Program-made: the position numbers and the translations under genes
Notes under the pieces: model-generated
What the model saw: only the letters and a program-made list of their open reading frames with translations
Databases searched by the model: none
What the model was told of the DNA's origin: nothing
Shown: positions 1 through 12,637 of the stretch, piece after piece
Numbering within the stretch: position 1 is the first letter of the stretch
How the letters are laid out: every line of letters starts with the position of its first letter
From: Eledone cirrhosa
Taxonomy: Eukaryota
Length of the DNA stretch: 64,000 nt
Direction: 5' to 3'
NCBI GenBank assembly: GCA_964016885.1
Contig: OZ024741.1
Location: 177,382,001-177,446,000, forward strand

Positions 1-780
1 GGGGCTTATTATATTGTTGGTGAGGAAGGGGGGGGGGGAGCCAGCAGTGCCATAGTTGTTGATGATTATTGACGTTTGGCCGGTGGCCAGGTCACTAAGT
101 CAATCTATTTATATCTTTTGCTAGCCGCTCCCTTGTCTAGTGATACCGCCACCTTCACCTTTCTCAAGTTAACAGGGGAATAGTGGTGGTAGCAATGAAG
201 GAGTGGTGGCGGCGGTGATGGGATAGTGGTAGCAATGATGGATGGAGTGGTGGCGGCGGTGGTGTTGTCGTTACTGAGTTTTGTGATATGTAGTATATAT
301 GAGTTTGTGTCGCGTATGTTTAATATATATTGTGTTGACATATTCCCGTAAAATTGGAATTAAACATTTTGTTAAAACTTGAGACAATAATAATAGTAAT
401 TATTATTATGATGCTGGGATTGGTGGTGGTGGTGGTGAAATTGCCGTTATCTGGCTGTTATATTTAGTGTTATGGGGTAGGTGGTGTATCAAGTCTCTGG
501 TGTTGGTGAAATTGCTGTTATTTGGCTGTTCTATATAGTGTAGACAGAGGGTGTTTCCTTCCATTTATAACCATTTTCTTTTTTGAATACAACATATATA
601 ATACAAAATTGAATATTTGAGCGATATAACAATATAATATGGATCCGAAATTTTATGGGACTTGATTCGGTGGTTTATGCATCATTTGTACTAAGAATTG
701 TTATTTCACAATTTATTTAAATAAGTTAAAAATCAAAAACTTACGGGAGCGATTTCATGACCTTCTACCACCACGTGCGT

Positions 781-909
781 CTTCTTCTTCTTCTTCTTCT
801 TCTTCTTCTTCTTCTTCTTCTTCTTCTTCTTCTTCTTCTTCTTCTTCTTCTTCTTCTTCTTCTTCTTCTTCTTCTTCTTCTTCTTCTTCTTCTTCTTCTT
901 CTTCTTCTT

Positions 910-986
<77 letters not shown>
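781..986. repeat. Compound microsatellite (CTT)n followed by (ATT)n
   Basis: Pure CTT run 781-939 joined directly to an ATT run to ~986; source of the polyK/L/R ORFs. Confidence 0.98.
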
Positions 987-987
<1 letters not shown>

Positions 988-1050
988 AGTATGTATATAT
1001 CTATACGCACATATATATGTGTATATATACGCACATATATATGTATATAT

Positions 1051-1088
<38 letters not shown>

Positions 1089-1286
1089 GCGTGTTTCTGT
1101 GTGACTATGTATATAGACATGTGTGTTTTGTGTTTATCTATTTTTATATTTTCATGTATGAAATTGCTAAGCATTAAATCTATAACACATATTGATATGA
1201 AATCGTTTCCCACTAAAGCAGATGTTTTCATAAAACAGTTTAATGTAGTGCAGAATACAATGTTTTTCTATTCACATTTATAATTA

Positions 1287-1472
1287 GGAGGGCGGTGTGT
1301 TGTTTGAATCGGATACGTTTATGTTGTTGTATATCTTCGGACGCTTTTCCTTTACGTTTAATCCTTCTGGTTTCAATAAAATAAAGTACCATTCAATTAT
1401 TGGGTTAATGCAATCACATGTTCCCCTTGCATTAAATATACTGGTCTTGTGCCTAAATTAGAAATCAATATT
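1287..1472 (+). mobile_element. Old, diverged copy of the tRNA-derived SINE
   Basis: aataaaataaagtacc and ctggtcttgtgcctaaattagaaa match the 3' half of the younger SINE copies (55489-55672). Confidence 0.5.
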
Positions 1473-1751
1473 TATACCTATGTCACTTTTAGCTGTAATA
1501 TTTACGATTTTTTTTATCAATACTCTGTTGTAAACACCGACAAATATATAAAATATATATCTAAGTATTTAATTAATTTTCTAAGTGCATATTAATATAT
1601 TTCAAGACGAAATTATTAAATGGAGCCGAGAAAAATATTTTATTTAAATCTGTAAAACGCGCACATACACACACACACGCACGCACACACGCACACACAC
1701 GCACACACGCACACACACGCACACACGCACACACGCACACACGCACACACA

Positions 1752-1855
<104 letters not shown>

Positions 1856-1974
1856 AATATAATGTAGGAGGTGAGTTTTATTGTAGTACAATAAAGCAAT
1901 GCAGATATCGGATATGTTGATTTAAAACTGCACTATCAACAAGTGTTTTTTTAGCCTTCATATCATGTTCTCCT

Positions 1975-2043
1975 GTTTTATCTGATGAAAACACAAATAT
2001 TATTGTTTGATGATGTTTGTTTTTGAAATGCGCATAATAAAAT
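1975..2043 (+). ncRNA. Type I hammerhead ribozyme (minimal, PLE/retrozyme type)
   Basis: gttttat-CTGATGA(1982-88)-long stem II aaacacaaatattat/atgatgtttgttttt-GAAA(2025-28)-palindromic tgcgca-TA-ataaaat; lies in a ~220-bp island between (TA)n tracts. Confidence 0.8.
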
Positions 2044-2079
2044 ATATGGAACTCCTTTAACCATCTTTTGATCTTATAT

Positions 2080-2164
<85 letters not shown>

Positions 2165-2911
2165 GTATTATATACATATATATATGTAAGAGGTATAAAA
2201 TGTGTTTATATGGAATATATGTGTACGTATATATGTGTATATAAAATGTGTGGAGAACATATATATATATGTATGTTATATGCATGTGTGTGTGTGTGGG
2301 TATGCATATATGTGTGTGTATATGTATGTATAAAATATATATGTGTGTATATGGTATATATATATATATATATGTATGTGTCTACATATGTGGGAGGTAT
2401 TTATGATATGTATGTAGGATATGTATAGTGTATATATAGCATGTATATGATATATGTAGTGGAATTTATGTGTGGTATATGTATGGGATATATATGGTGT
2501 ATATATAACATGTATGTATGGTATATATGTAAAATACATATATATATATATATATGTATATGGGTTGTGTATATATATTTTTCAATCATATATATTTTTA
2601 TTTGTTTGACCCTTATTACTTGATCGTATTTTTGGCTGTGCGAATGATTGTTTAAGCATCGTCTCAGTGTGTTGGTATTAAACGTTAGTTATAGCTCTGC
2701 TTCATCCGAACCATTGAGCACTTTGCCGCACATTCCGAAGATTGTTTTTCGTTATTTCGTGGGCCGAAGTTCCGATTCTCGATAATTTTATTTATATATA
2801 TATGTATGTAGAAAAAAATATGTGTGTGAATACGTGGTGTGTATATATATCTATATATGTATGTATTTGAAATATATGTATATGTATGTATAGGATATAT
2901 ATATATATATA

Positions 2912-3334
2912 TAATCAAGGTTTAGCAAATAAAAAAAAGTTTCAAAATAAATAAATAAAAAATTCACTGTACTCACTATGGTTACCTTTACCGAATCGGT
3001 TTCGAGTCTCAAAAATAAATTGTCCGTCCTTGCGACCTTCGTAATTTGAACTCGGGAATTTTATATTCTCCGAGTGAAAAGAACCTTCTGACGAGAGTTT
3101 ATCTTTTCAATGGCAGGCCGCGAGGACGGTCCATTTATTTTTGAGACTCGAAACCGATTCGGTAAAGGTAACCATAGTGAGTACAGTGAATGTTTTGAAA
3201 TTAATTTTGAAACTTTTTCTTATTTGCTAAACCTTGATTATATATGTTCTGGCTCGTTAATTTATTAACTTGCCATTGAATCACATTGGCATATGGTTGG
3301 ACAATGCATGTGTCTCTGGACGGTTTTTGCGTGT

Positions 3335-3338
<4 letters not shown>
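2912..3338 (+). mobile_element. Fold-back mini-element in (TA)n carrying a hammerhead
   Basis: Arms 2912-3037 and 3116-3240 are reverse complements; right arm continues ~100 bp to the next (TA)n. Confidence 0.85.
3083..3169 (+). ncRNA. Type I hammerhead ribozyme
   Basis: acctt-CTGACGA-gagttt...gagactc-GAAA-ccg att cgg-TA-aaggt; stems I, II and III all pair; predicted GUA cleavage after 3164. Confidence 0.85.
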
Positions 3339-3380
<42 letters not shown>

Positions 3381-3518
3381 ATATGCACAAGATATGTATA
3401 ATATATATGTATGTTTCGTGTGTATGTGTATGTGTCTATAAGATATATATTTCTTATATGTGTATATGTATGTATATATATATACATATGTTTGTGTGTA
3501 TGTGCGTGTGTGTATGTG

Positions 3519-3584
<66 letters not shown>

Positions 3585-3978
3585 TGCAGATGTTATATTT
3601 AATTTGTTGGGATTCAACAAGCTTAAACATGTTTATAAATGAAATAAAGCACTCAACAGTTGGTGGAGTAAATACACAATATATTAATCAATGGAAACTA
3701 TATTTATAAAACCATATTTATTTTATTATACATATTTCAAGGGCAACCAAGGCAAATTATGGTGCGCTTTCATCAAATAAAATACAGATTTGGAGCTTCC
3801 AGGAAGTTCCAGCCGTTTATGGTTGTCTTTTTTTTCCGGGTATTTCAATATTTATTAATAAAACAAATCTATATTTTATCTGATGAAAGCGCACCATAAT
3901 TAATTTGGTTGCCCTTGAAATATGTATAATAAAATAAATATGGTGTTATAGATATAGTTTCCATTTATTAATACATTG
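3585..3978. mobile_element. Fold-back mini-element family A (also 62197-62648; relative at 32111-32232)
   Basis: Inverted arms ~3677-3790 and ~3864-3978; left arm extended by ~90 bp; (TA)n on both sides. Confidence 0.85.
3872..3936 (+). ncRNA. Type I hammerhead ribozyme, family A
   Basis: tattttat-CTGATGA-aagcgcacc...ggttgccctt-GAAA-tatgta-TA-ataaaata; mirror copy on minus at ~3718-3784 has C3 changed to U. Confidence 0.75.
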
Positions 3979-4138
3979 TATATATATATATTTAGTAAGT
4001 AAGTTAAATTTTAATTTCTAAAATTTTCTTGTTTTACGTCTTTGATATATAAATATATATATATATATATAAATATATATATATATGTGTGTTCGTATAT
4101 GTATATATGTGTTTGGTGTATATATATATATATATATG

Positions 4139-4216
<78 letters not shown>

Positions 4217-4267
4217 CTGTGTGTGTGTGTGTTTGCGTGGGCGTGCATATATGTAGTATATATATAT

Positions 4268-5221
4268 AAGGAAAAAAGATGAAATCGAAAATGCTACTGG
4301 AACCTTATTTTTTTTTTATATATATATTTATTTGGTTCCTTTACCGGTTTCGCAGTTCTTCTGTTTTTCAAAAGTAGAGTTTCGATGGAGGGTCTGTGGT
4401 TTTCTCATATCTGGTTGGTCTTTGAGTGTTACTTGTTTTATATGGAAAAGAGTGGCTCGAAACGCCAGGTTTTTAGAGAAGTAATTTGATTGGTTGGTGA
4501 ATAAGTATAATACATATCGCGCCTGTTCGCGTTACACAGTTCTTCAAACAAGGGGGGGGGGTCAGGTTGTTTTTTCAAATATGAGTGAAGTTTGGTTGGT
4601 TGATGCAGTCACGTGAATAAGCACATCAGCTTTGGCGCCAGTTTGTTTGAATTTCTTTTTACTTTAAAAAAGGGGGGGGGCTAACGAAGGCTTTTTTTAA
4701 ATAAATGTAATTTGATTGGTTATAAACAAAATTATGACTGTCACGTGAACAAGTTCATTAAAAATCGCGCCCGTATTTGGGAATTTATTTTGTAGCCTTT
4801 TAGAGAATTTTATGACAAACAAAAGATAATGGTCAAGAGAAATGGAATGGGGAGAATTGTTCTGGTTCAGTGAATATGGCTGGTTCGCTGGGGTGTCAGA
4901 ATTCAGACTTTCTATTGAAATAAAGAAATTAGGGATATGTGTATTTATTTGTGTTCTTCTGTGTGTGTGTGTGTGTGTAGGAAGATGATTCTATTAGTAG
5001 AAATGGTGGAGGAGTTGTGTGTGTGCGTATGGGTGTTATTTGTGTGTCTGTATTGGAGTATGTTAAGATGGTGAGACTATATATATTTTGTGTGTGTGTA
5101 TGTGTGTAGGAAAGTGATTCTATTAGTAGAAATGCGGGAGGGAATTGTGTGTGTGTGGGGGTGGGGTGTTATGTGTGTGTGGGATATGGTTAGCATGTTA
5201 CGATGAAGAGAATATATATAT

Positions 5222-5264
<43 letters not shown>

Positions 5265-6378
5265 GAAAACGATTCCGTTAGTAGAAATATTTTTGAATAA
5301 ACATATTTTCCTTATTTATACGTATTTGTTCTGTTGTATTGTCAGCGCAAACGTATGTTCAGGTTTATTTAGTTCGGTTTTTTATTTTTTAAAGTAGAAT
5401 GTGTTATGTGTATGTGTCTGTTTTGATGGTTAGCATGTTATGGTGTTGACATAATGTATATTTAACTATATTTAATGCTGGTCTATATTTTTGAATAAAC
5501 ATATTTTCCTTATGTATTCGTATTTGTTCTGTTGTATTGTCAGCGCAAAGGTAAAATGGGAAGACTTGGAATTTGGGTGTCTTATTACTTGCGCATATGT
5601 CTAGATGTTCACTTAGTGGTATCTGTCTCGTGGTTGGATCTCGTAATTGTTGGCGATGAACTGTCATTCTCTTTCTGAGTGTGGGTTTACTTTGTCCTAT
5701 ATATCTTCATTGCATCCTTTACATTTAATGGCATAAAGTAGATTTTTTGATGAGCAAATGAAGTTAATTTTTACAGCAAAATTTTATACTGATTGAAATG
5801 TATACGTGTTGCTTTCAATGAGATGACTGCAGGTTCCACAATTAGAGCGACCGCATTTTTGACAGTTGGTTGTGGGTTTGTAGTAGGTAATTTGGCATTG
5901 GTGAGTAATGTTTTTAGTGATTTCGGTTGTCTTTTACTTTTGATTATTTTGTGTGTTTCAAGGGCTTTTTTCATTCTTGGGTCTTGTTTCAATAGTGGGA
6001 TGTTCTTGTGAATAGTGTTGTAAGCTTCCGCATTTCTTGGGTTTTGTGTTGAGATATAAGATAGAATATTGGACCTACCTTGAATTTGTTTCTGTTTTCG
6101 TAATTCATTGGTTTAGTCTATTGCTTTAACCCTTTCTATTCCATTATTTATTAGTAATGGTGGGTACTGACTTTCGAGTAGAATTTCCTTTAATTCTTGA
6201 AGTCTTTTATTTCGCGTTTCATAAGTGAAGACAATTGTGCGAACTCTTCTTGCTAGGTTAAAAGGAATATTCGTATGCGTGTGCTTTGGATGGTTGGAGG
6301 TGAATAGCAGCTATTGTTTGGAATCTGTTGATTTATAGTGTATGTCAGTTTCAATATTTGTATCTTTTTTAAGATTAA
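4268..6378 (-). mobile_element. 5'-truncated, frameshifted Penelope-like element (Neptune-like): RT thumb, Cys linker, GIY-YIG, 3' pLTR with hammerhead
   Basis: Minus-strand translation: YKSTDSKQ*LLFTSNHPKH..NIPFNLARRVRTIV (RT C-term), KCGRSNCGTCSH (Cx4Cx2C), SSKNLLYAIKCKGC..YIGQ..LRKRMTVHRQQ..ENMFIQKYRPALN (GIY-YIG); (TA)/(TG) tracts at both ends. Confidence 0.9.
4338..4375 (-). ncRNA. Hammerhead with U3-A8 core at the PLE 3' end
   Basis: Minus: ctt-TTGAAAA-acag aagaa ctgc-GAAA-ccgg-TA-aagg. Confidence 0.6.
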
Positions 6379-6556
6379 GATATATATATATGGTGTGTGT
6401 ATATATGGTATGTGTGTATATGTGTATAAAATATATATAAAATGTGTGTGTATATATATATTGGTGTATATGTATGTGTGTTTGTATGTGTGTGTATGTA
6501 AGTGTACGTATATATACGTATATGCGTGTGTACAAGTATGTATATATATATATATT

Positions 6557-7433
6557 CTGGGGCGGGTAAAATTCCTGAGATCCATGGACGAGTTCTCTCC
6601 AGCGCTCTCTGTCCCTCATTATCGTTGCCATGTCCTGCGTCTCCAACAGACCAGTGTCTGTCCTTAGAGCATACGATTACCTTGGTCTTCCCCTTCCATT
6701 GTGTCCATGTAGGGGCTCCCACAGGATCACTGAGTGCAATGTCCAGATAACCTCAGTCTCCTCTGTTTCACTTTTGAGCTGACTTTTCGGAGGCTCCCAT
6801 ACACCTCTGAGTTTTTCATCCTCAGTGTATACTGATTAATGTTCAGAGCCATCCTCAGTATTCTCGTGTAGCACCCATCCACCATCTCAGTGAGTTTCTT
6901 GGACAGTTTCCGAGTCTCTGACCCGTACAGCAGCACAGACACCACTACAGAGAGCCAAGAAGATCAAGGAGGGCAAGGCTCATGGAGAATATGGAGTGGC
7001 ATCTGAGGTGATGAAGAGGTGTTATTTTGATAATATCATCCTTGTGTTCTGTAACCAGGCACTGGTGAAAGGAGTTGACCCGAATCAGTGGAGGATCAGT
7101 AACGTCGTCCCAGTGGCAAAGAAGGGAGATCTCTCTAACACCAACAACTACAGGGGGATCTCACTGACGTCACTTGAGCCAAAGACTCTCAACAGGATGA
7201 TTCTTAACAGGATCCAGCCTGAGATGGAGAAGAAGCTCAGGGACAACCAGAACGGCTACAGCGAGGGTAGATCAACCAACAGTTCCATCCTGATGCTGAG
7301 GAGGATATTAGAGGGATCTAGAGCAAAGTGCCGTCCTGCGGTCATGGTTTTCATTGACTTTAGGAACGCCTTTGATTATGTGGACCATCTCTGCCTGATG
7401 AAGATCTTACAGGCTTATGGCATCCCCATGAAG
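6557..7433 (-). mobile_element. RTE-clade LINE fragment with 5' inversion
   Basis: Minus 6557-6965 encodes the RT C-term (VSVLLYGSE..DGCYTRILRMALN..RLRLSGHC); plus 6966-7433 encodes RT domains 0-3 ([33 protein letters not shown]); (TA)n on both flanks. Confidence 0.88.
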
Positions 7434-7532
7434 ATATATATATATATGTATGTGTATATAGATATGTGTATGTGTGTGTGTATATATATATATGTATATC
7501 TATAAAGGTGTGTATGCGTATGTATGTGTGTG

Positions 7533-7581
<49 letters not shown>

Positions 7582-8456
7582 GTTGATATGTGTTTTTATG
7601 TAGTATATATGGACTGTAGATACATTTACATATAGGGAAGTGAATATGTGAGCCAGCACCCTCCCCCCCACACACACACACACTTCCTCTCCCAGATCAA
7701 TATCAATAATACATCTTTGACAAATATTCCTAAACTATTCTTCTTTTCTCTTTCTCGTGTCACCCGATTCTTATCAAAAGACATGTATCTTACACCTCAT
7801 TAAAACCCAGACAAGTACCTAAATTCAGCTTTGATATAGAAATCGGTAGAAGATATTCTTTATGGATTTGGAAGAGTTGATTCAGCTATACCATTATAAA
7901 CTCATCAAAGGTAAGCTAATGAAATAAAACCAGCAGGAGAGTAGTTTTACGACTAACTTCTCAAACACCCTTATCTTACAACCTCACCATTTTCTGAGTG
8001 TACATATGTGTGTGTGTGTGTATGTGTGTGTGTACCTGTGTCTGTATGTATACTTTAATTCCCCCGGACTTTCATCATCATAAACACTCATTAACACCAC
8101 ACGCCACACCCCAGACACATCCAAATCTCTCTTATATATAGTCACACATTTCAACACAACCTGATCTCAGTTTGACAATCGCCACAGACAGACGAGTGCG
8201 AGAAAGTTCTCCAACCCAAGTTAACGAGGAATCTCTAAAGATCTTCCCACTGAAGTTAACAAAGAACTTACTGGATCTACCAACTCATAATATTATAATA
8301 TATTATAGCATTAAATCATAAAAAATATTTTAACAATACAAGTGAAGTCATTATTTTCCTTTTTTCAAATATACCTAACTGTACCAAGGATCTCACACAT
8401 TTTTCAATATATATATATATATGTATATATATATAGATATAGATATAGATATAGAT

Positions 8457-8539
<83 letters not shown>

Positions 8540-8545
8540 GATAGA

Positions 8546-9975
8546 TTTCTTTTATTTGCCACTAGGGCATCAAAAGTGGGACAAGTACAAAGGGGGGAGT
8601 TTACACAAAAAGGCGTCCTCAATAAGGAGGAGGCAATAACAAAATATAAAAATAAAATAAGATATCACAAAAAATAAAATTTTTAACAAAATCCTCAATA
8701 GAGAGGAGGCGCCTTGGGGGGTCGCACACACCCCCGAAAAAAGTGTGCAACCCTTCTCCTCAGGAGCACAGAGAAGGGGTGCTCCCTTGGTCTTTCATCT
8801 TCCTCACCTATAGTCTGATGTAGAGTGAAGGCCCATTCACACGGGCCATTCTCGCCACTTTCACCCATCTTTCATAGAAACGGCTGGGGTGCAGCACCTC
8901 TCTCTCCATCCTGATCCTTCTTCCGAAATGATATCGGAAGAAACGGACCAGTTGTTGGCCAGAGAGAAAGGTGCCTGACCTCAGTCCTTTCAGACGCGTC
9001 CACCATACAACCTCTTTCGCCATGGCTATTACGCACAGAAACACCGCCTCTGCTTCATCTTTGAAGGGGGGAGGCGGCTTGATCATTACAATAGACTCGG
9101 TGGTCAACCGGATCGGTCCCACCCTTGACAGCAGTTGTTCGACATAGCCCCACAGATCGGCTGCGCCCGAGCAGTGTACCAATGCGTGTGCAACGGTTTC
9201 CTCGTCGCACACGCATCTGGGACAGATCTTTTTGGCGGGGTCCCTACCCGGGCGCCCGTGTCTGTAGAGCCTTTCTCGAACGGGTAAAGCCCCTCGGTAG
9301 CACTGCCAGGCCAGGGACTTCTGGAAGTTGTCCATAGGTCCCGGGCTGAATGTCCTACCGAACAGGCTGGCCAGTTCGTCCTCCTCCATGTCTAGGGCTT
9401 CTCCGAGGGCGTCGTCGCACCTGCTGCGTACCAGCCCTCTATAGAATGTTGCGGTGGAGTCTCCACTGATAACCGGATCCGCCTGCCAGAGGGCGGTGAG
9501 CGCCTGGGCACACTCAGTGTGCCAGGCGCCCAGTTTTCTCGGTCTTTGCTTGATCCAGGATTGCAGCTCGGTGAGTGAGACGAGTCTGGGAAAGGTTCGT
9601 CTCACAAACGAGGCCCACACCGGTTGTCCGGTGAGGAATACGTAGAGGTGCCGTAGCCTTAATGCGTGTTTACGCATCATTAGCCACGGCATCCCCAGCC
9701 CTCCTTTCGAAAGGTGTTGACAGCAGATGGATCTCCTCACCATAGGAGCCCGCCTCTTCCAAAGGAATTGGAAGAGCGCGCGCTCCATCTTGGTGAGGGT
9801 TTCCCTTGGGCAGGGCACTACGGTCAGGCGGTAGTAGATGACGGACGCTATGTAGGTGTTCGCCACCTCCGCCCGACCTTTCAGGGATAGTTTGCAACTG
9901 GCCCACTTCTGGGTCAGTGCAAACACCCTGTTCGTAACCTCCGCCCAGTTTTTCTCCACCTGGAGGTCCGGTCCG
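8546..9975 (-). mobile_element. Tx1/L1-clade LINE, 5'-truncated, 3' end abutting (TCTA)n
   Basis: 383-aa ORF2 C-term plus 3' UTR ending aataaaagaa(atct)n; GC-rich against AT-rich flanks. Confidence 0.9.
8808..9959 (-). CDS. Tx1-type ORF2 C-terminal fragment (RT thumb plus zf-RVT CCHC)
   Basis: LSLKGRAEVAN, FQFLWK, GGLGMP, CPRC..ETVAHALVHC motifs; no internal stops. Confidence 0.85.
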   Translation of the reverse strand: MEKNWAEVTNRVFALTQKWASCKLSLKGRAEVANTYIASVIYYRLTVVPCPRETLTKMERALFQFLWKRRAPMVRRSICCQHLSKGGLGMPWLMMRKHALRLRHLYVFLTGQPVWASFVRRTFPRLVSLTELQSWIKQRPRKLGAWHTECAQALTALWQADPVISGDSTATFYRGLVRSRCDDALGEALDMEEDELASLFGRTFSPGPMDNFQKSLAWQCYRGALPVRERLYRHGRPGRDPAKKICPRCVCDEETVAHALVHCSGAADLWGYVEQLLSRVGPIRLTTESIVMIKPPPPFKDEAEAVFLCVIAMAKEVVWWTRLKGLRSGTFLSGQQLVRFFRYHFGRRIRMEREVLHPSRFYERWVKVARMARVNGPSLYIRL

Positions 9976-11589
9976 AGATTTTATATATATATATATATAC
10001 ATATCTTTTATATATATACATATATTTTATATATATATATTTATATTTATTTATTCATTTCTAATTCAAGCACAAAGCAAGCATGTTTGATGAAAATGCC
10101 AAATCAGTACTACTACTTGGCTGGTCCTGTATTTCATCGGCCCCTGGAGGATATAAGTTGATCTCAGCCGATTTGAAGTCAGAATGTGAAGATCTAGAAG
10201 AAACATCCCAATCGTAATATATTCAACGCTCTACTGTTTCTGGCAAAGCCCCCAGCATGGGATTTATGAATATTGATTATATTTTAACTAAAGTCTGCTA
10301 ATATTGACAAAGTTTTCAGTCAATTAAATCGGCCCTGTTCGTTGAATGGTATTTATTTCAGCTGGACTCACCCACCCACAACCAAAAGATGAAAATTAAA
10401 CATCATCTCGACAGGATGCGAATTAAAACGTAAAGGAATGTATCTGAATATCTCAACTCGATGCCTTTTCCGCTTTAAATTTCCGCAAAATCCCTGTCTC
10501 TAGAGATTTTAAAGTTAGTTCACTGCTTACCCTATGACTAATAACATACATTGTATTTGCATTAATTAATGAATTATTTAAAGCAATTTACTAACATTCT
10601 TTTAATCTTTTAAATGGCATTTCTAACATAAAACGTTTTTATATGAATGTTATAAGATTTTAATTTAGATAGGAACATTCTAATTGGTTTCCATATAACC
10701 ACATGACTTCTTTGGCGGGTTGCAAGGAAAAGGATTTTGCTAATTAAGCTATATACAGTTGTTGGATAGCATTTCATGTTGAGTAATTAATATAGAGTTT
10801 AAAAACCAATAAACTTCATATGTATCAAATGAATACCATTCTATAGAAAACGTTTAAAAGGGAAATAACGTGGAACATCAGAGACCCGTAAGATAAGGTT
10901 CTTTATAGAAACATTTATAAATTTACTTATTGTTTCATCTCTCTATATATAGAATTCTTTGTCTCCCTGTGTGTCTGTCCGTTCCTATGCATTCTCTATT
11001 ATTAGACCCTGGGGTGTCAACATGTAATTTTTATTTTCATTTCGATTAAAACAATATAACATTTTATCTAAAATAATCTTTCTGTAGTAAAGGACATTTT
11101 ATACCACCACCACAATAATGACGATGTCATATTTTGTATATGAGTGTGTATGTATCGGTGAGTGTGTGTGTGTGCTTGTGCGTTCGTTATATACGTTAAG
11201 CCTGAGAATTAAATACGCACACAACTAAACATACATGCATATAATGTGTGTGAGTGTATGTGAGAATGTATGTGTGTTAATTTTCATTTTCATTTGGATT
11301 AAAACAATAAGAAATAACACAACAACGTCACATTTTGTATATGAATATGTATGTGCCTGTGAGTGTGTGTGTTTGCCCGTGCATTGGGTAGGTTATTCAA
11401 TACACACACACACATCTACACATACATATAGATATTTGCCGACTAAGCGGGTCTTGAGGACAGGGACCGCAAACACTTCCAGCGTGCTCTGTCATAAACA
11501 GACTTCTCCAAATGACCCGGTTGAAACATTATATAATGATGGTTATTCAATCCAAAACTTAACTTCATTTACACCACAATAATAATGCT

Positions 11590-12500
11590 TGCATGCATAT
11601 ATATATAAATTGAAGGAAAAATAGGTATATATCTGTGTCTAGTATTTCTTCTTACTTTATAATTTGTTACATAGCTCTGATATTCAAACTTGTGAAAAAA
11701 TATGTGTATATATACATGTGTATGTATACACATATATGTGCGTACCTCTCATTATTGTCTCAAACTCCCTCACCCTAGAGTAACTACGGAAGTATATAAA
11801 CTGCTTTTCTAATCATAGAGCAATACTGGGTAAGGTCGACAACACACAATCATAGCGCAATACTGGGTAAGGTCGACAACACACAATCTCACATACTTGT
11901 GAAAAAATATGTGTATATATAAATGTGAATGTATGTATGCACATATATGTGTGTACCTCTCATTATTGTCTGAAACGTCCTCACGGTAGAGTAACCACGG
12001 AAGTATTGAAACTGCTTTTAAGCAAACACTATAAACACTTTCAGTCAACCTTACCACTCATCTGTAGCCTAGGTATCAGCATCGGTATCATTTCCAATAT
12101 CACCTTCTGAGATATATTTCACTGCTACAAGGGATTTAGTCCCCTTTCTTGACCGGTGCATCAAGTGATACTATCTCCCTCCGCCTTTTTGAGATATTCT
12201 CGATTGCTACGGACGGGTCTGGGAGCGCTCTTTCCCTGCGGTGTTCCCTTAAATAGCTAGCTTACCACATAACAATGTTGCATCTCTATGATATGAGATT
12301 GTTGCAGACTTACCAGTGAAACTGTACAGTCGAGACATGGAAGAAAAAATAGGTATATATCTGTGTCTATTATTTTTTCTTACGTTATAATTTGTTACAT
12401 AGCTCTGATATCGAGTCAATTTAATTATTTCGATTATCTCATCTCTCATAATCATAGAGCAACACTGGTTAAGGTCGACAACACACAATCTCAAATAGTG
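11590..12500 (+). repeat. Partially tandem non-coding element family G (inverted copy ~40000-40615; relative at 32570-32800)
   Basis: 11615-11685 repeats at 12340-12410, and ggtcgacaacacacaatc occurs three times; hammerhead-like 3' half GAAA-ctgtacag-TC-gaga at 12318-12335. Confidence 0.7.
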
Positions 12501-12504
12501 AAAA

Positions 12505-12637
<133 letters not shown>

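Noticed and set aside
1-560. 78-aa Pro/Thr-rich ORF 105-341
   Set aside because: Derived from (GGT)n-like low-complexity repeats
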